Shown here: piece by piece, positions 51,971 to 64,000 of the stretch
Numbering within the stretch: the first letter of the stretch is position 1
How the letters are laid out: each line of letters opens with the position of its first letter
Assembly: GCA_038087875.1 (NCBI GenBank)
Contig: CM075996.1
Location: 3,226,001 to 3,290,000 of the forward strand
Source of the DNA: Malacoraja senta
Taxonomy: Eukaryota
DNA length: 64,000 nucleotides
Direction: 5' to 3'
Notes under the pieces: model-generated
What the model was told of the DNA's origin: nothing
What the model saw: only the letters and a program-made list of their open reading frames with translations
Databases searched by the model: none
Position numbers and translations under genes: made by a program

Positions 51971-52537
51971 GGACATGGGGGTCAAACAGGAGATAGGGTT
52001 AAAGAGGCAGGCTGGGATTCTGCCTTGTGGTCCATGGGTGAGTATCAGCTAGATTAAATTTCTACCATTAAAAAAAGGCAGGGAGCAGGTATCAGGATTG
52101 TTACTACCAGTTACCTGCAGATTAGCGATAAAATAATTTATGCCATACATCACTCGGAAAATGTGCTCAATGTTTGTATCAATCAAGGTAAATTCAGTGA
52201 ATTATTAGCAAATAGAATTAAAATCCCTCACAACTCTGGTTTCCTCTCTGCAAGCTCCTTCCTCCGTTCTTCACCCTTAGTTTCCCCACCCACGCCAATT
52301 TGACTTGTTATTTCTTGGAATTTCTTGCTGCTGGAAAGTCCCGAGCTGTAGACACAGTGCAACTGGATGCAGCCACAGGGAGCAAAGCTAATTACCCTCC
52401 CCAGTTGATGTTGCAGAGGGAGATTAAAGACTGGGCTCCCTCAGTGGGGAATAAATTATCTGAAGGAGGGTCTCAACCCAAAATGTCACCCATTCCTTCT
52501 ATCTAGAGATGCTTCCTGTCCCACTGAGTTACTCCAG

Positions 52538-52680
52538 GGGATGGGAGATTGCAACCTTCACGTGGTCCTGCCTGTTTCGACGAATGCAATCAACCCGGCG
52601 TGCACAACCAAATAAGATCAAATAGAACAAGTTGTCCGACAACTTTAGGCTGTGCACGCCACACGCATGAAGAAGAAGAA
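52538..52680 (+). mobile_element. Short retroposon with an HDV-like ribozyme head (copy 2), inserted into a PLE-derived repeat
   Basis: Perfect 12-bp TSD GAGTTACTCCAG (52526-52537 / 52681-52692); (GAA)n tail; internal hairpins. Confidence 0.88.
52539..52591 (+). ncRNA. Minimal HDV/CPEB3-like self-cleaving ribozyme (predicted)
   Basis: P1 GGATGGG/CCTGCCT, J1/2 A, P2 GATTGCA/TGCAATC, P3 ACC/GGT, L3 TTCACGT, then GT, a vestigial P4 TTCGA and J4/2 CGAA. Folded by eye. Confidence 0.75.
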
Positions 52681-53264
52681 GAGTTACTCCAGCATTTGGT
52701 GTCTGCCTTCGGTGTAAACCAGCATCTGCAGTTCCCTCCTACAAACAGTATCTTCAGTTTTCTTTTGGTGCTAGTAAGAATTTCATTGTTCCATCGTCAG
52801 TACATATGACAGTTAAACACTCTTCATTATCTTTAGGATTCGCAGTTTAAAGTTTGTGGAGTTAGGAAGCAAGTTAGGAATACACGCACTAGAGCACACA
52901 CCCTGAGCAGCATCAGTGTTGAGGGTCATGTTGGACAAAATGTCATGACTAATTTTAACAGGCTGAGGTCTGTAGGTCCAGAAGCCAGTTTCAGATGGAG
53001 CCCCAATGCCTCGGTCCAGAAGTTTAGAGATGAGTTCATTTGGTGTCATGGTATTGAAGGCTAATCTGTGGTCAATGAATAGCACACCCTGACATAGGTG
53101 TTCTTACTGTCAAGATGATCCAGATCTGAATGTGGTGCAAATTCTGCTTTTCCCCCCAAACTGATTAAACTTGTTAATTTGCAGAAATGTTATGCTCTTG
53201 CAGCAATATTATCTCCCCCCCCCCCCCCCCATTCTTCCTTTGTAGCTTTTACTTTTCATTCCAA

Positions 53265-54238
53265 TTTCATCCGCACCTGTCCTGCACTATCACCCTGAGC
53301 ACCGGCACACCACAGGGCTGTGTACTAAGCCCCATGCTCTACTCCCTCTTCACTCACGACTGTGTCCCTGCATTCGACACCAACACCATCGTGAAGTTTG
53401 CAGATGACACAACAGTGATTGGGCTGATCACCAACGGTGATGAAACAAAATACAGAGCGGAGGTGCAGAACCTGGCGGACTGGTGCGCTCATAACAACTT
53501 GTCACTAAACACCTCCAAGACCAAGGAGCTGATTATTGACTTCAGGAGATCCCATAATGGAGAATACGCCCCAATCTCCATTTACGGGGAAAGTGTGGAG
53601 AGAGTGTCCAGCTTTAAGTTTCTGGGCACTCACATTTCAGAGGACCTCACATGGTCCACCAACACCGCTGCGCTGGTCAAGAAGGCACAGCAACGACTGT
53701 TCTTCCTGAGGACATTAAAAAAGACTGGTCTGCCCCAACAGCTGCTGACAACGTTCTACCGCTGCACCACAGAGAGCATATTAACGTATGGCATCTCTGT
53801 GTGGTATCTCAGCTGCACGGAGGCGGAGAGGAGAGCTCTTCAGCGCGTCGTCCACAGAGCGCAGAGGATCATTGGGACAGAGCTGCCAGCCTTGGAGGGC
53901 ATCTACCACACACGGTGCCTCAGGAAGGCCGTCAGCATCCATAAGGACTCATCACACCCTTGTAACGGACTGTTTGAACTACTTCCCTCCGGCAGACGCT
54001 ACAAGGCCTTCTACGCCCGAACCTCCAGACTCAGAAACAGCTTTATTCCAAGAGCTATAGAGGCTCTGAACCGGCCCTGCTGAGTGCCCCCCCACCCACC
54101 CCCCTGGACAGTCTCCCTCGGATGGTCACGTCACTCAGCTTGCTTGCTTATTTATTTATTTTACTTGTACATCGGTGGAGCTGCTTACTAAATCTCGTTG
54201 CACTGACGTGCAATGACAATAAAAGATATTATTATTAT
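53265..54238 (+). mobile_element. Rex1/Babar-type LINE, 5'-truncated, with an uninterrupted RT C-terminal frame
   Basis: [50 protein letters not shown], stop at 54083, then AATAAA and an (ATT)n tail. Confidence 0.92.
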
Positions 54239-54642
54239 TCTTGTAGTTCTGTGAAATGACACACATTCATTCACCCAAAGCTTCCTTGTTGGGCTTCCAT
54301 CGCCCTCTGTTGGATTGTGTAGCAACTGCAAATGCTAGTTTAAACTGAAGATGGACACAAAAAGCTGGTAGTAACTCACCCCAAGCTACTTCAACTTTTT
54401 GTGCCTGCCCTCTGTTGGACTATTGCACCTCTACAGTTGTTAGAAACCAGTTATCAATGGTGCACACAAAATACTGGAGTAACTCAGCGGGACAGGCAGC
54501 ATCTCTGAAAAAAAAAGTATGGTTAACATTTCGGATCGGAATCCTTCTTCAGACAATGGTGCTAGTTGCTGCAAGGAAGACTATATTATTCTGCCGTGAA
54601 GTGAAATCCGATTAGTCTTGATGGGGGACAGTGGGGGAAGAT

Positions 54643-55270
54643 TTCAGTATAGGAGTAAAGAGGTCCTTCTGCAGTTGTACAGGGCCCTGGTGAGACCACA
54701 TCTGGAGTATTGTGTGCAGTTTTGGTCTCCTAATTTGAGAAAGGACATCCTTGCTATTGAGGCAGTGCAGCGTAGCTTCACGAGGTTAATCCCTGGGATG
54801 GCGGGACTGTCATATGAGGAAAGATTGGAAAGACTGGGCTTGTATTCACTGGAATTTAGAAGGATGAAAGGGAATTTTATAGAAACGTATAAAATTATAA
54901 AAGGACTGGACAAGCTAGATGCAGGATAAATGTTCCCAATGTTGGGGGAGTCCAGAACCAGGGGCCACAGTCTAAGAATAAATAGGAGGCCATTTAAAAC
55001 TGAGATGAGAAAAAACTTTTTCATCCAGAGTTGTGAATTTGTGGAATTCTCTGCCACAGAAAGCAGTGGGAGCCAATTCACTGGATGAATTTAAAAGAGT
55101 TAGATAGAGCTCTAGGGGAATCAAGGGATATGGGGAGGAGGCAGGCGCGGGTTACTGACTGTGGATGATCAGCCATGATCACAATGAATGGCGGTGCTGG
55201 CTCGAAGGGCCAAATGGCCTCCTCCTGCACCTAATTTCTGTTTCTGTACTTCCAATCTCTTTATTTTGGC
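54643..55270 (+). mobile_element. CR1 LINE 3' portion
   Basis: YRSKEVLLQLYRALVRPHLEYCVQFWSP..SYEERLERLGLYSLE; stop and frameshifts further downstream. Confidence 0.9.
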
Positions 55271-58200
55271 ATTAGTCACATATACTGACCTTCATTTGAA
55301 AAACAGACAGGGAATATTATTCAGCTATACTGGAGGAACTTGGCAGGTCAGGCAGCACATGTGGATGATCTTCGAACAGATACAACCTAACCCGCTGAGT
55401 TCCTCCAGAAGTTTTGCGCCTAAGATTCCAGTATCTGCAGTCTTGTGTCTGTCGGTGATATTACTATATTGTATCTATCCAATATGTAAAATCTGGTTTA
55501 GGGAAAAGTTATTTTTTTGCACATTACTTTTTGTCATGATAAAATGAACCACACTGCATATTTATTGTCGGCTAAAAATGATCACTTTATACATGGTCAT
55601 TCCTTATGTCCTCCATGTTGCCATCATACCTGGAATATTTTTCCCCCAGATGCTGATTGATCTACGAATGTATCACTGAGTATTCTATTCAAATGTCTAA
55701 TTACAACATTTCCAGTTGTTTTGAAGGAGGATTTGATTTTAAATGTACCAAGATGAAACTCGCTGCATGGAATGAGGTTTCCAAGAATTGGTTACAAACC
55801 CAATACTCTTCACCAGTCAGTTTGTTCATCAAATGGTAATCTCAATCAAAGTAAAAGTTGCAACCTAATTATGTTGAGTACTAACAAAATACATATCCAT
55901 ACAATTTCACATAACTTGTATCTTGGTGGAGATTAATCCATTATAAATTTGCAGAAAGCCTTTTCCCTCATCTGTTTTCCTCCCATTATCTTCACTGGAA
56001 ACAGAATCCTCTGTGATTTGTTCATTGCATAATAAGTTTTGGCTACAGTGTACTGTAAAATAATTACATGGCATTTATTAAATTTGAACTGGGGCTAACA
56101 AATTTTGTTTTCTGGTCTATTTGAATGTTAGTAAATTATACAGGTTTTACATTGCCTGTGTGATGTCTGAACTTTATTGCCTTCCCTCACAGTGGGAAAC
56201 GTTGATTCCGCTGTGGGTGACGTTCATGTTAAATTCTATAGTGTTGCGTTCATTTTATTTTATTTGTGAGCTGCATGGTAACTCAAATTTCACTGCACTA
56301 TTTGGTGTATGTGACAATAAATGTAACTTAACTTAAGCCCCAAATCTGGTTTTACCTCCAAAAACCCCACAAAATGCTAGAAGTACACAGCAGGTCAGGC
56401 AGCATCTCTGGAGAAAATGGATAGGTGACGTTTTGGGTTGGGACTCTTCTTCAAACTGATTGTATTATGGAGAGCAATGGAAAAGAACTGGAAGCAAAAA
56501 AGGCATCTGCAGTTGGTTTGGCTTGGTTCGGCAACTTGAGCGCCCAGGAGCGGAAAAGACTACAAAAAGTAGTAAACACTGCCCAGTCCATCATCGGCTC
56601 TGACCTCCCTACCATCGAGGGGATCTATCGCAGTCGCTGCCTCAAAAAGGCTGGCAGCATCATCAAGGACCCACACCATCCTGGTCACTCACTCATCTCC
56701 CCGCTGCCTTCAGGTAGAAGGTACAGGAGCCTGAGGACTGCAACGTCCAGATTCAGGAATAGCTACTTCCCCACAGCCATCAGGCTATTAAACTCAACTG
56801 AAACAAATCTCTGAACACTAATAGCCCATTATCTGTTTATTTGCACTTTATCTGCTTATTTATTGATGTGTGTATATATTTATATAATGGTGTATGGACA
56901 CACTGATATGATCTCTTCTGTATTTGTGCCTACTATATTCCGTTGTGCTGATGCAAAGCAAGAATTTCATTGTCCTATCTGGGACACATGACAATAAACT
57001 CTCTTGACTTGACTTGACAGTTCCTTTTTATTACATTCTGGTTTTACCCATCGTCCATTTGGGAATTACATGTGGCAGGGGCTTAGATCAGATGAGTATG
57101 TGGATGCAGGATAAATGTTCCCAATGTTGGGGGAGTCCAGAACCAGGGGCCACAGTCTAAGAATAAATAGGAGGCCATTTAAAACTGAGATGAGAAAAAA
57201 CTTTTTCATCCAGAGTTGTGAATTTGTGGAATTCTCTGCCACAGAAAGCAGTGGGAGCCAATTCACTGGATGAATTTAAAAGAGTTAGATAGAGCTCTAG
57301 GGGAATCAAGGGATATGGGGAGGAGGCAGGCGCGGGTTACTGACTGTGGATGATCAGCCATGATCACAATGAATGGCGGTGCTGGCTCGAAGGGCCAAAT
57401 GGCCTCCTCCTGCACCTAATTTCTGTTTCTGTACTTCCAATCTCTTTATTTTGGCATTAGTCACATATACTGACCTTCATTTGAAAAACAGACAGGGAAT
57501 ATTATTCAGCTATACTGGAGGAACTTGGCAGGTCAGGCAGCACATGTGGATGATCTTCGAACAGATACAACCTAACCCGCTGAGTTCCTCCAGAAGTTTT
57601 GCGCCTAAGATTCCAGTATCTGCAGTCTTGTGTCTGTCGGTGATATTACTATATTGTATCTATCCAATATGTAAAATCTGGTTTAGGGAAAAGTTATTTT
57701 TTTGCACATTACTTTTTGTCATGATAAAATGAACCACACTGCATATTTATTGTCGGCTAAAAATGATCACTTTATACATGGTCATTCCTTATGTCCTCCA
57801 TGTTGCCATCATACCTGGAATATTTTTCCCCCAGATGCTGATTGATCTACGAATGTATCACTGAGTATTCTATTCAAATGTCTAATTACAACATTTCCAG
57901 TTGTTTTGAAGGAGGATTTGATTTTAAATGTACCAAGATGAAACTCGCTGCATGGAATGAGGTTTCCAAGAATTGGTTACAAACCCAATACTCTTCACCA
58001 GTCAGTTTGTTCATCAAATGGTAATCTCAATCAAAGTAAAAGTTGCAACCTAATTATGTTGAGTACTAACAAAATACATATCCATACAATTTCACATAAC
58101 TTGTATCTTGGTGGAGATTAATCCATTATAAATTTGCAGAAAGCCTTTTCCCTCATCTGTTTTCCTCCCATTATCTTCACTGGAAACAGAATCCTCTGTG

Positions 58201-61200
58201 ATTTGTTCATTGCATAATAAGTTTTGGCTACAGTGTACTGTAAAATAATTACATGGCATTTATTAAATTTGAACTGGGGCTAACAAATTTTGTTTTCTGG
58301 TCTATTTGAATGTTAGTAAATTATACAGGTTTTACATTGCCTGTGTGATGTCTGAACTTTATTGCCTTCCCTCACAGTGGGAAACGTTGATTCCGCTGTG
58401 GGTGACGTTCATGTTAAATTCTATAGTGTTGCGTTCATTTTATTTTATTTGTGAGCTGCATGGTAACTCAAATTTCACTGCACTATTTGGTGTATGTGAC
58501 AATAAATGTAACTTAACTTAAGCCCCAAATCTGGTTTTACCTCCAAAAACCCCACAAAATGCTAGAAGTACACAGCAGGTCAGGCAGCATCTCTGGAGAA
58601 AATGGATAGGTGACGTTTTGGGTTGGGACTCTTCTTCAAACTGATTGTATTATGGAGAGCAATGGAAAAGAACTGGAAGCAAAAAAGGCATCTGCAGTTG
58701 GTTTGGCTTGGTTCGGCAACTTGAGCGCCCAGGAGCGGAAAAGACTACAAAAAGTAGTAAACACTGCCCAGTCCATCATCGGCTCTGACCTCCCTACCAT
58801 CGAGGGGATCTATCGCAGTCGCTGCCTCAAAAAGGCTGGCAGCATCATCAAGGACCCACACCATCCTGGTCACTCACTCATCTCCCCGCTGCCTTCAGGT
58901 AGAAGGTACAGGAGCCTGAGGACTGCAACGTCCAGATTCAGGAATAGCTACTTCCCCACAGCCATCAGGCTATTAAACTCAACTGAAACAAATCTCTGAA
59001 CACTAATAGCCCATTATCTGTTTATTTGCACTTTATCTGCTTATTTATTGATGTGTGTATATATTTATATAATGGTGTATGGACACACTGATATGATCTC
59101 TTCTGTATTTGTGCCTACTATATTCCGTTGTGCTGATGCAAAGCAAGAATTTCATTGTCCTATCTGGGACACATGACAATAAACTCTCTTGACTTGACTT
59201 GACAGTTCCTTTTTATTACATTCTGGTTTTACCCATCGTCCATTTGGGAATTACATGTGGCAGGGGCTTAGATCAGATGAGTATGTGGATGCAGGATAAA
59301 TGTTCCCAATGTTGGGGGAGTCCAGAACCAGGGGCCACAGTCTAAGAATAAATAGGAGGCCATTTAAAACTGAGATGAGAAAAAACTTTTTCATCCAGAG
59401 TTGTGAATTTGTGGAATTCTCTGCCACAGAAAGCAGTGGGAGCCAATTCACTGGATGAATTTAAAAGAGTTAGATAGAGCTCTAGGGGAATCAAGGGATA
59501 TGGGGAGGAGGCAGGCGCGGGTTACTGACTGTGGATGATCAGCCATGATCACAATGAATGGCGGTGCTGGCTCGAAGGGCCAAATGGCCTCCTCCTGCAC
59601 CTAATTTCTGTTTCTGTACTTCCAATCTCTTTATTTTGGCATTAGTCACATATACTGACCTTCATTTGAAAAACAGACAGGGAATATTATTCAGCTATAC
59701 TGGAGGAACTTGGCAGGTCAGGCAGCACATGTGGATGATCTTCGAACAGATACAACCTAACCCGCTGAGTTCCTCCAGAAGTTTTGCGCCTAAGATTCCA
59801 GTATCTGCAGTCTTGTGTCTGTCGGTGATATTACTATATTGTATCTATCCAATATGTAAAATCTGGTTTAGGGAAAAGTTATTTTTTTGCACATTACTTT
59901 TTGTCATGATAAAATGAACCACACTGCATATTTATTGTCGGCTAAAAATGATCACTTTATACATGGTCATTCCTTATGTCCTCCATGTTGCCATCATACC
60001 TGGAATATTTTTCCCCCAGATGCTGATTGATCTACGAATGTATCACTGAGTATTCTATTCAAATGTCTAATTACAACATTTCCAGTTGTTTTGAAGGAGG
60101 ATTTGATTTTAAATGTACCAAGATGAAACTCGCTGCATGGAATGAGGTTTCCAAGAATTGGTTACAAACCCAATACTCTTCACCAGTCAGTTTGTTCATC
60201 AAATGGTAATCTCAATCAAAGTAAAAGTTGCAACCTAATTATGTTGAGTACTAACAAAATACATATCCATACAATTTCACATAACTTGTATCTTGGTGGA
60301 GATTAATCCATTATAAATTTGCAGAAAGCCTTTTCCCTCATCTGTTTTCCTCCCATTATCTTCACTGGAAACAGAATCCTCTGTGATTTGTTCATTGCAT
60401 AATAAGTTTTGGCTACAGTGTACTGTAAAATAATTACATGGCATTTATTAAATTTGAACTGGGGCTAACAAATTTTGTTTTCTGGTCTATTTGAATGTTA
60501 GTAAATTATACAGGTTTTACATTGCCTGTGTGATGTCTGAACTTTATTGCCTTCCCTCACAGTGGGAAACGTTGATTCCGCTGTGGGTGACGTTCATGTT
60601 AAATTCTATAGTGTTGCGTTCATTTTATTTTATTTGTGAGCTGCATGGTAACTCAAATTTCACTGCACTATTTGGTGTATGTGACAATAAATGTAACTTA
60701 ACTTAAGCCCCAAATCTGGTTTTACCTCCAAAAACCCCACAAAATGCTAGAAGTACACAGCAGGTCAGGCAGCATCTCTGGAGAAAATGGATAGGTGACG
60801 TTTTGGGTTGGGACTCTTCTTCAAACTGATTGTATTATGGAGAGCAATGGAAAAGAACTGGAAGCAAAAAAGGCATCTGCAGTTGGTTTGGCTTGGTTCG
60901 GCAACTTGAGCGCCCAGGAGCGGAAAAGACTACAAAAAGTAGTAAACACTGCCCAGTCCATCATCGGCTCTGACCTCCCTACCATTGAGGGGATCTATCG
61001 CAGTCGCTGCCTCAAAAAGGCTGGCAGCATCATCAAGGACCCACACCATCCTGGTCACTCACTCATCTCCCCGCTGCCTTCAGGTAGAAGGTACAGGAGC
61101 CTGAGGACTGCAACGTCCAGATTCAGGAATAGCTACTTCCCCACAGCCATCAGGCTATTAAACTCAACTGAAACAAATCTCTGAACACTAATAGCCCATT

Positions 61201-61474
61201 ATCTGTTTATTTGCACTTTATCTGCTTATTTATTGATGTGTGTATATATTTATATAATGGTGTATGGACACACTGATATGATCTCTTCTGTATTTGTGCC
61301 TACTATATTCCGTTGTGCTGATGCAAAGCAAGAATTTCATTGTCCTATCTGGGACACATGACAATAAACTCTCTTGACTTGACTTGACAGTTCCTTTTTA
61401 TTACATTCTGGTTTTACCCATCGTCCATTTGGGAATTACATGTGGCAGGGGCTTAGATCAGATGAGTATGTGGA
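54918..61474. repeat. Three-copy tandem duplication with a 2185-bp unit
   Basis: Units start at 54918, 57103 and 59288; the ORF track repeats at +2185 and +4370. Each unit holds a CR1 end, PLE repeats and a Rex1 3' end. Confidence 0.97.
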
Positions 61475-62337
61475 ACACGTTTAATTCCAGCACAGAATAT
61501 TTCCAGAGCCACCTCAGCTAGCTTTATATTTAAAAAAAGTCAAAGAGCCACTCAAACCTTCCAACCTACCATATTTCATGCTATTCCTTTCATTCTTATG
61601 TATATCTTGTTTCCCCTTAGCATTTCCCATAGTTTCCCCATATCCTTTAGCATTTGTCGCTGTTCTATGCGGTGTGATGATGATGGGTTGCCATCACACA
61701 GGAGCTTGGGTCTCATTGCAACAGATGAGCAAACTGGAATCTTCAGCCAGAGATGAATCTCCTGAACATCTATCTCACTGACGGCAACTCCGGCTATTCT
61801 ACCTCGAGATCAGCCAGTTCAGCAGCATCACCCTCGACATGCTCCTAGAAAGAGCAATGCATTAACAGCACAAAAGTAAAACACTTTAAAAAGCAAATTA
61901 CAGATGATGGAAATATAAAAATCAAATACAGCCAGATGTACTTGTGTCAGGCAGTATGACAAACAATGGGTTGTTTCTCTCCACAGATGTTAGCTTATCA
62001 ATAACTAAATACTGATACTTTATAAGACCAATGTTTTGTGTGCTTCTAAACTAGGAATAGGAAAAGGCAATAATCAAAATCCTGAATATAGAGTTATACA
62101 GCAACGAAGAAACGTTGGCTATCAAGTCTATCCTAAACCTATTTTTCATCATTTGACAGTGTCATGGTGTTTCAAATGTCAAATAAATACTTAAATATTG
62201 TGAGATGGTGCCTCCAACAACCATGTTTTCAAATTTCAATCACTCTCCAAGAAAAAATAAAATCATTCAAGTCCTCCATGTCTGTGACCTCTGATCATGA
62301 ATACCTCTGCTAAGGTGAAAGATTTCACTATCTGCCC

Positions 62338-62572
62338 CAAGGGTTCCCAACCTGGTGTAAATTTACCCACAGGGGGTAAATTTCACCTACCCAGGGGGTA
62401 AATTTGTTGATTCTGTATACGTACATATTTTTTCTCATTGACTGACTGTGTTTGGTTCTGGTATACCGGTATCTGTTCATCATTAGTTGTTCATAAATAA
62501 GTGAAATAACATTGTTATGTGTTATTAAAGTTGCCAGGGGTAAACAGGACGAAAAAATGTTGGGAACCCCTG
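62338..62572. mobile_element. hAT-Charlie-like MITE
   Basis: TIRs CAAGGGTTCCCAAC / GTTGGGAACCCCTG, degenerate 8-bp TSD ATCTGCCC / CTCTACCC, and subterminal GGGGTAAA repeats. Confidence 0.75.
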
Positions 62573-62764
62573 CTCTACCCAATCCCAACAAGTTTATATT
62601 TCTATTCTATATACCTCAATCTGGTAGGTCCTCACATAGCCTTTACTATCCCGAGGAAACCAAACCCAGCCTGTTCAGTCTCTCCTCGTAACTGAAACAC
62701 TCCTCCCCAGGTAACATCCATCTTTGCACCCTCTCCAGTGCAATCACACCGTACCTTCATAGTC

Positions 62765-62900
62765 AGGCTCTTGGGGCTAACGGAATCAAGGGATATGGGG
62801 AGAAAGCAGGAACGGGGTACTGATTTTGGATGATCAGCCATGATCACATTGAATGGCTCGAAGGGCCTACTCCTGCACCTATTTTCTATGTTTCTATGTA
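62765..62900 (+). mobile_element. CR1 3' tail
   Basis: GGAATCAAGGGATATGGGGAG...CCTACTCCTGCACCTATTTTCTATGTTTCTATG. Confidence 0.75.
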
Positions 62901-64000
62901 TTCTTTTAGAGAAAAATACAAGTTCGCAAGACCAAAGAACTTTTCAAATCAATGCAGTAAAATGGCTATTTATTCAATGAAATAGATTTCATTAAACTAG
63001 GTGTAACGGCTGGCTAATTAAACACAAAGTAATTCTCTGTAGAAGACAGCCTGGCTTCATAGATGGGGAGCAGAAAAACATTTTCACTGCTGTATCACTA
63101 AGGGAAACCTTTCATACACAGACTTGACAAGGGGGGTTTCTAGCATTTGAGGGAGGAACTGTGGTGGTACCTTCATCAATCAATGGCAGGGTCTAAGTTA
63201 AATCACTGAACTAGACTGCAAAGGTCAGTCTCAATGATATAGAGGCAGCTTTCTGCGTCCTTTTAATGAATTTAAATTCAAGTACTTAATCGAGCATTTA
63301 ATAACAACAGCAGCCATGATACAACTGGGTTTTTGGAAAAACTAATCGGGTTGATTAATGTTCTTCTCGGTAGTAATCTGCCAACTTTACTCTCGCTGGG
63401 GTGCATGCCAATCCTGACTCACCCAACAATAAATGCCAGCACTACCAATGATGTCCACCTTCCCCAATGAATGAATGAATGAATGGATGAAGTTATGTGC
63501 GAGCTCTCATGAGAACCACAAGCATTGATCAGTTGTAGTTATATGAAATGTTGAAAGGCCATCAACTTGAACCATTAATTGTGCTTCCCTCTCCACAATG
63601 GCATTTCCAATACTTATTTCAGTTTGCAGCATTCACAATATTCTATGAGAAGAATATTGATGTAGCCCACTGTTCCACAGGCCATTAAGCACAGACATGT
63701 TCTGCTGTAATCGGCTAGGTATGATCTGCACCACAATAAATCATGCCTCCTTTAAATGTAAAATGTAATGAGTTTCCCCATTTTATTTTGAATTTATATT
63801 GCCTTGGACTCACTAATTTGTATTTTTTTTTCCAGAGGATTCAATCGAGTCAGGAACTGCAGTTAAATAAGTCTTAACCATCGACTGAACGGTTCCTTGT
63901 TCATTTGCTAACCGTTCAAAGCATTTTGCCTGAAATTAGGAGACGATCAATCTGAATTTCACAGATTTTTTTTTTTAAACAGATGCTGGAAATCTGAAAT

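Noticed and set aside
56425..56814. 129-aa ORF repeated three times, as a possible gene family
   Set aside because: A chimera of a PLE repeat and a Rex1 LINE C-terminus, multiplied by the tandem triplication.

Overview
Eukaryotic genomic DNA, about 64 kb. The repeat content suggests a cartilaginous fish, probably a skate or ray (inference). Three spliced protein-coding genes can be rebuilt from the sequence. (1) A two-exon MPST-like tandem-rhodanese sulfurtransferase on + (13640-19733, 293 aa, active-site loop CGTGVT). (2) A four-exon RPS19BP1/AROS on + (23064-28241), mostly missed by the ORF track, with an apparent 1-nt deletion in exon 3. (3) ATF4 on - (CDS 36259-34949, 345 aa), tail-to-tail with RPS19BP1, with a TATA/CRE promoter and the full uORF translational-control leader, including a spliced uORF2. 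A CpG-island first exon of an unidentified minus-strand gene lies near 7.1 kb. The rest is dense in repeats: CR1 and Rex1/Babar LINEs, HE1-like SINEs, Penelope-like (PLE) ends and foldbacks, MITEs, a deleted endogenous retrovirus with env, and a near-perfect 2185-bp tandem triplication. The most striking observation is a 130-145 bp TSD-flanked retroposon (two copies, 46593-46721 and 52538-52680) whose 5' end folds into a minimal HDV/CPEB3-like self-cleaving ribozyme. The abundant PLE-derived repeats also carry minimal hammerhead ribozyme cores, one of them in sense orientation inside RPS19BP1 intron 1. All ribozyme folds were made by eye and are untested.
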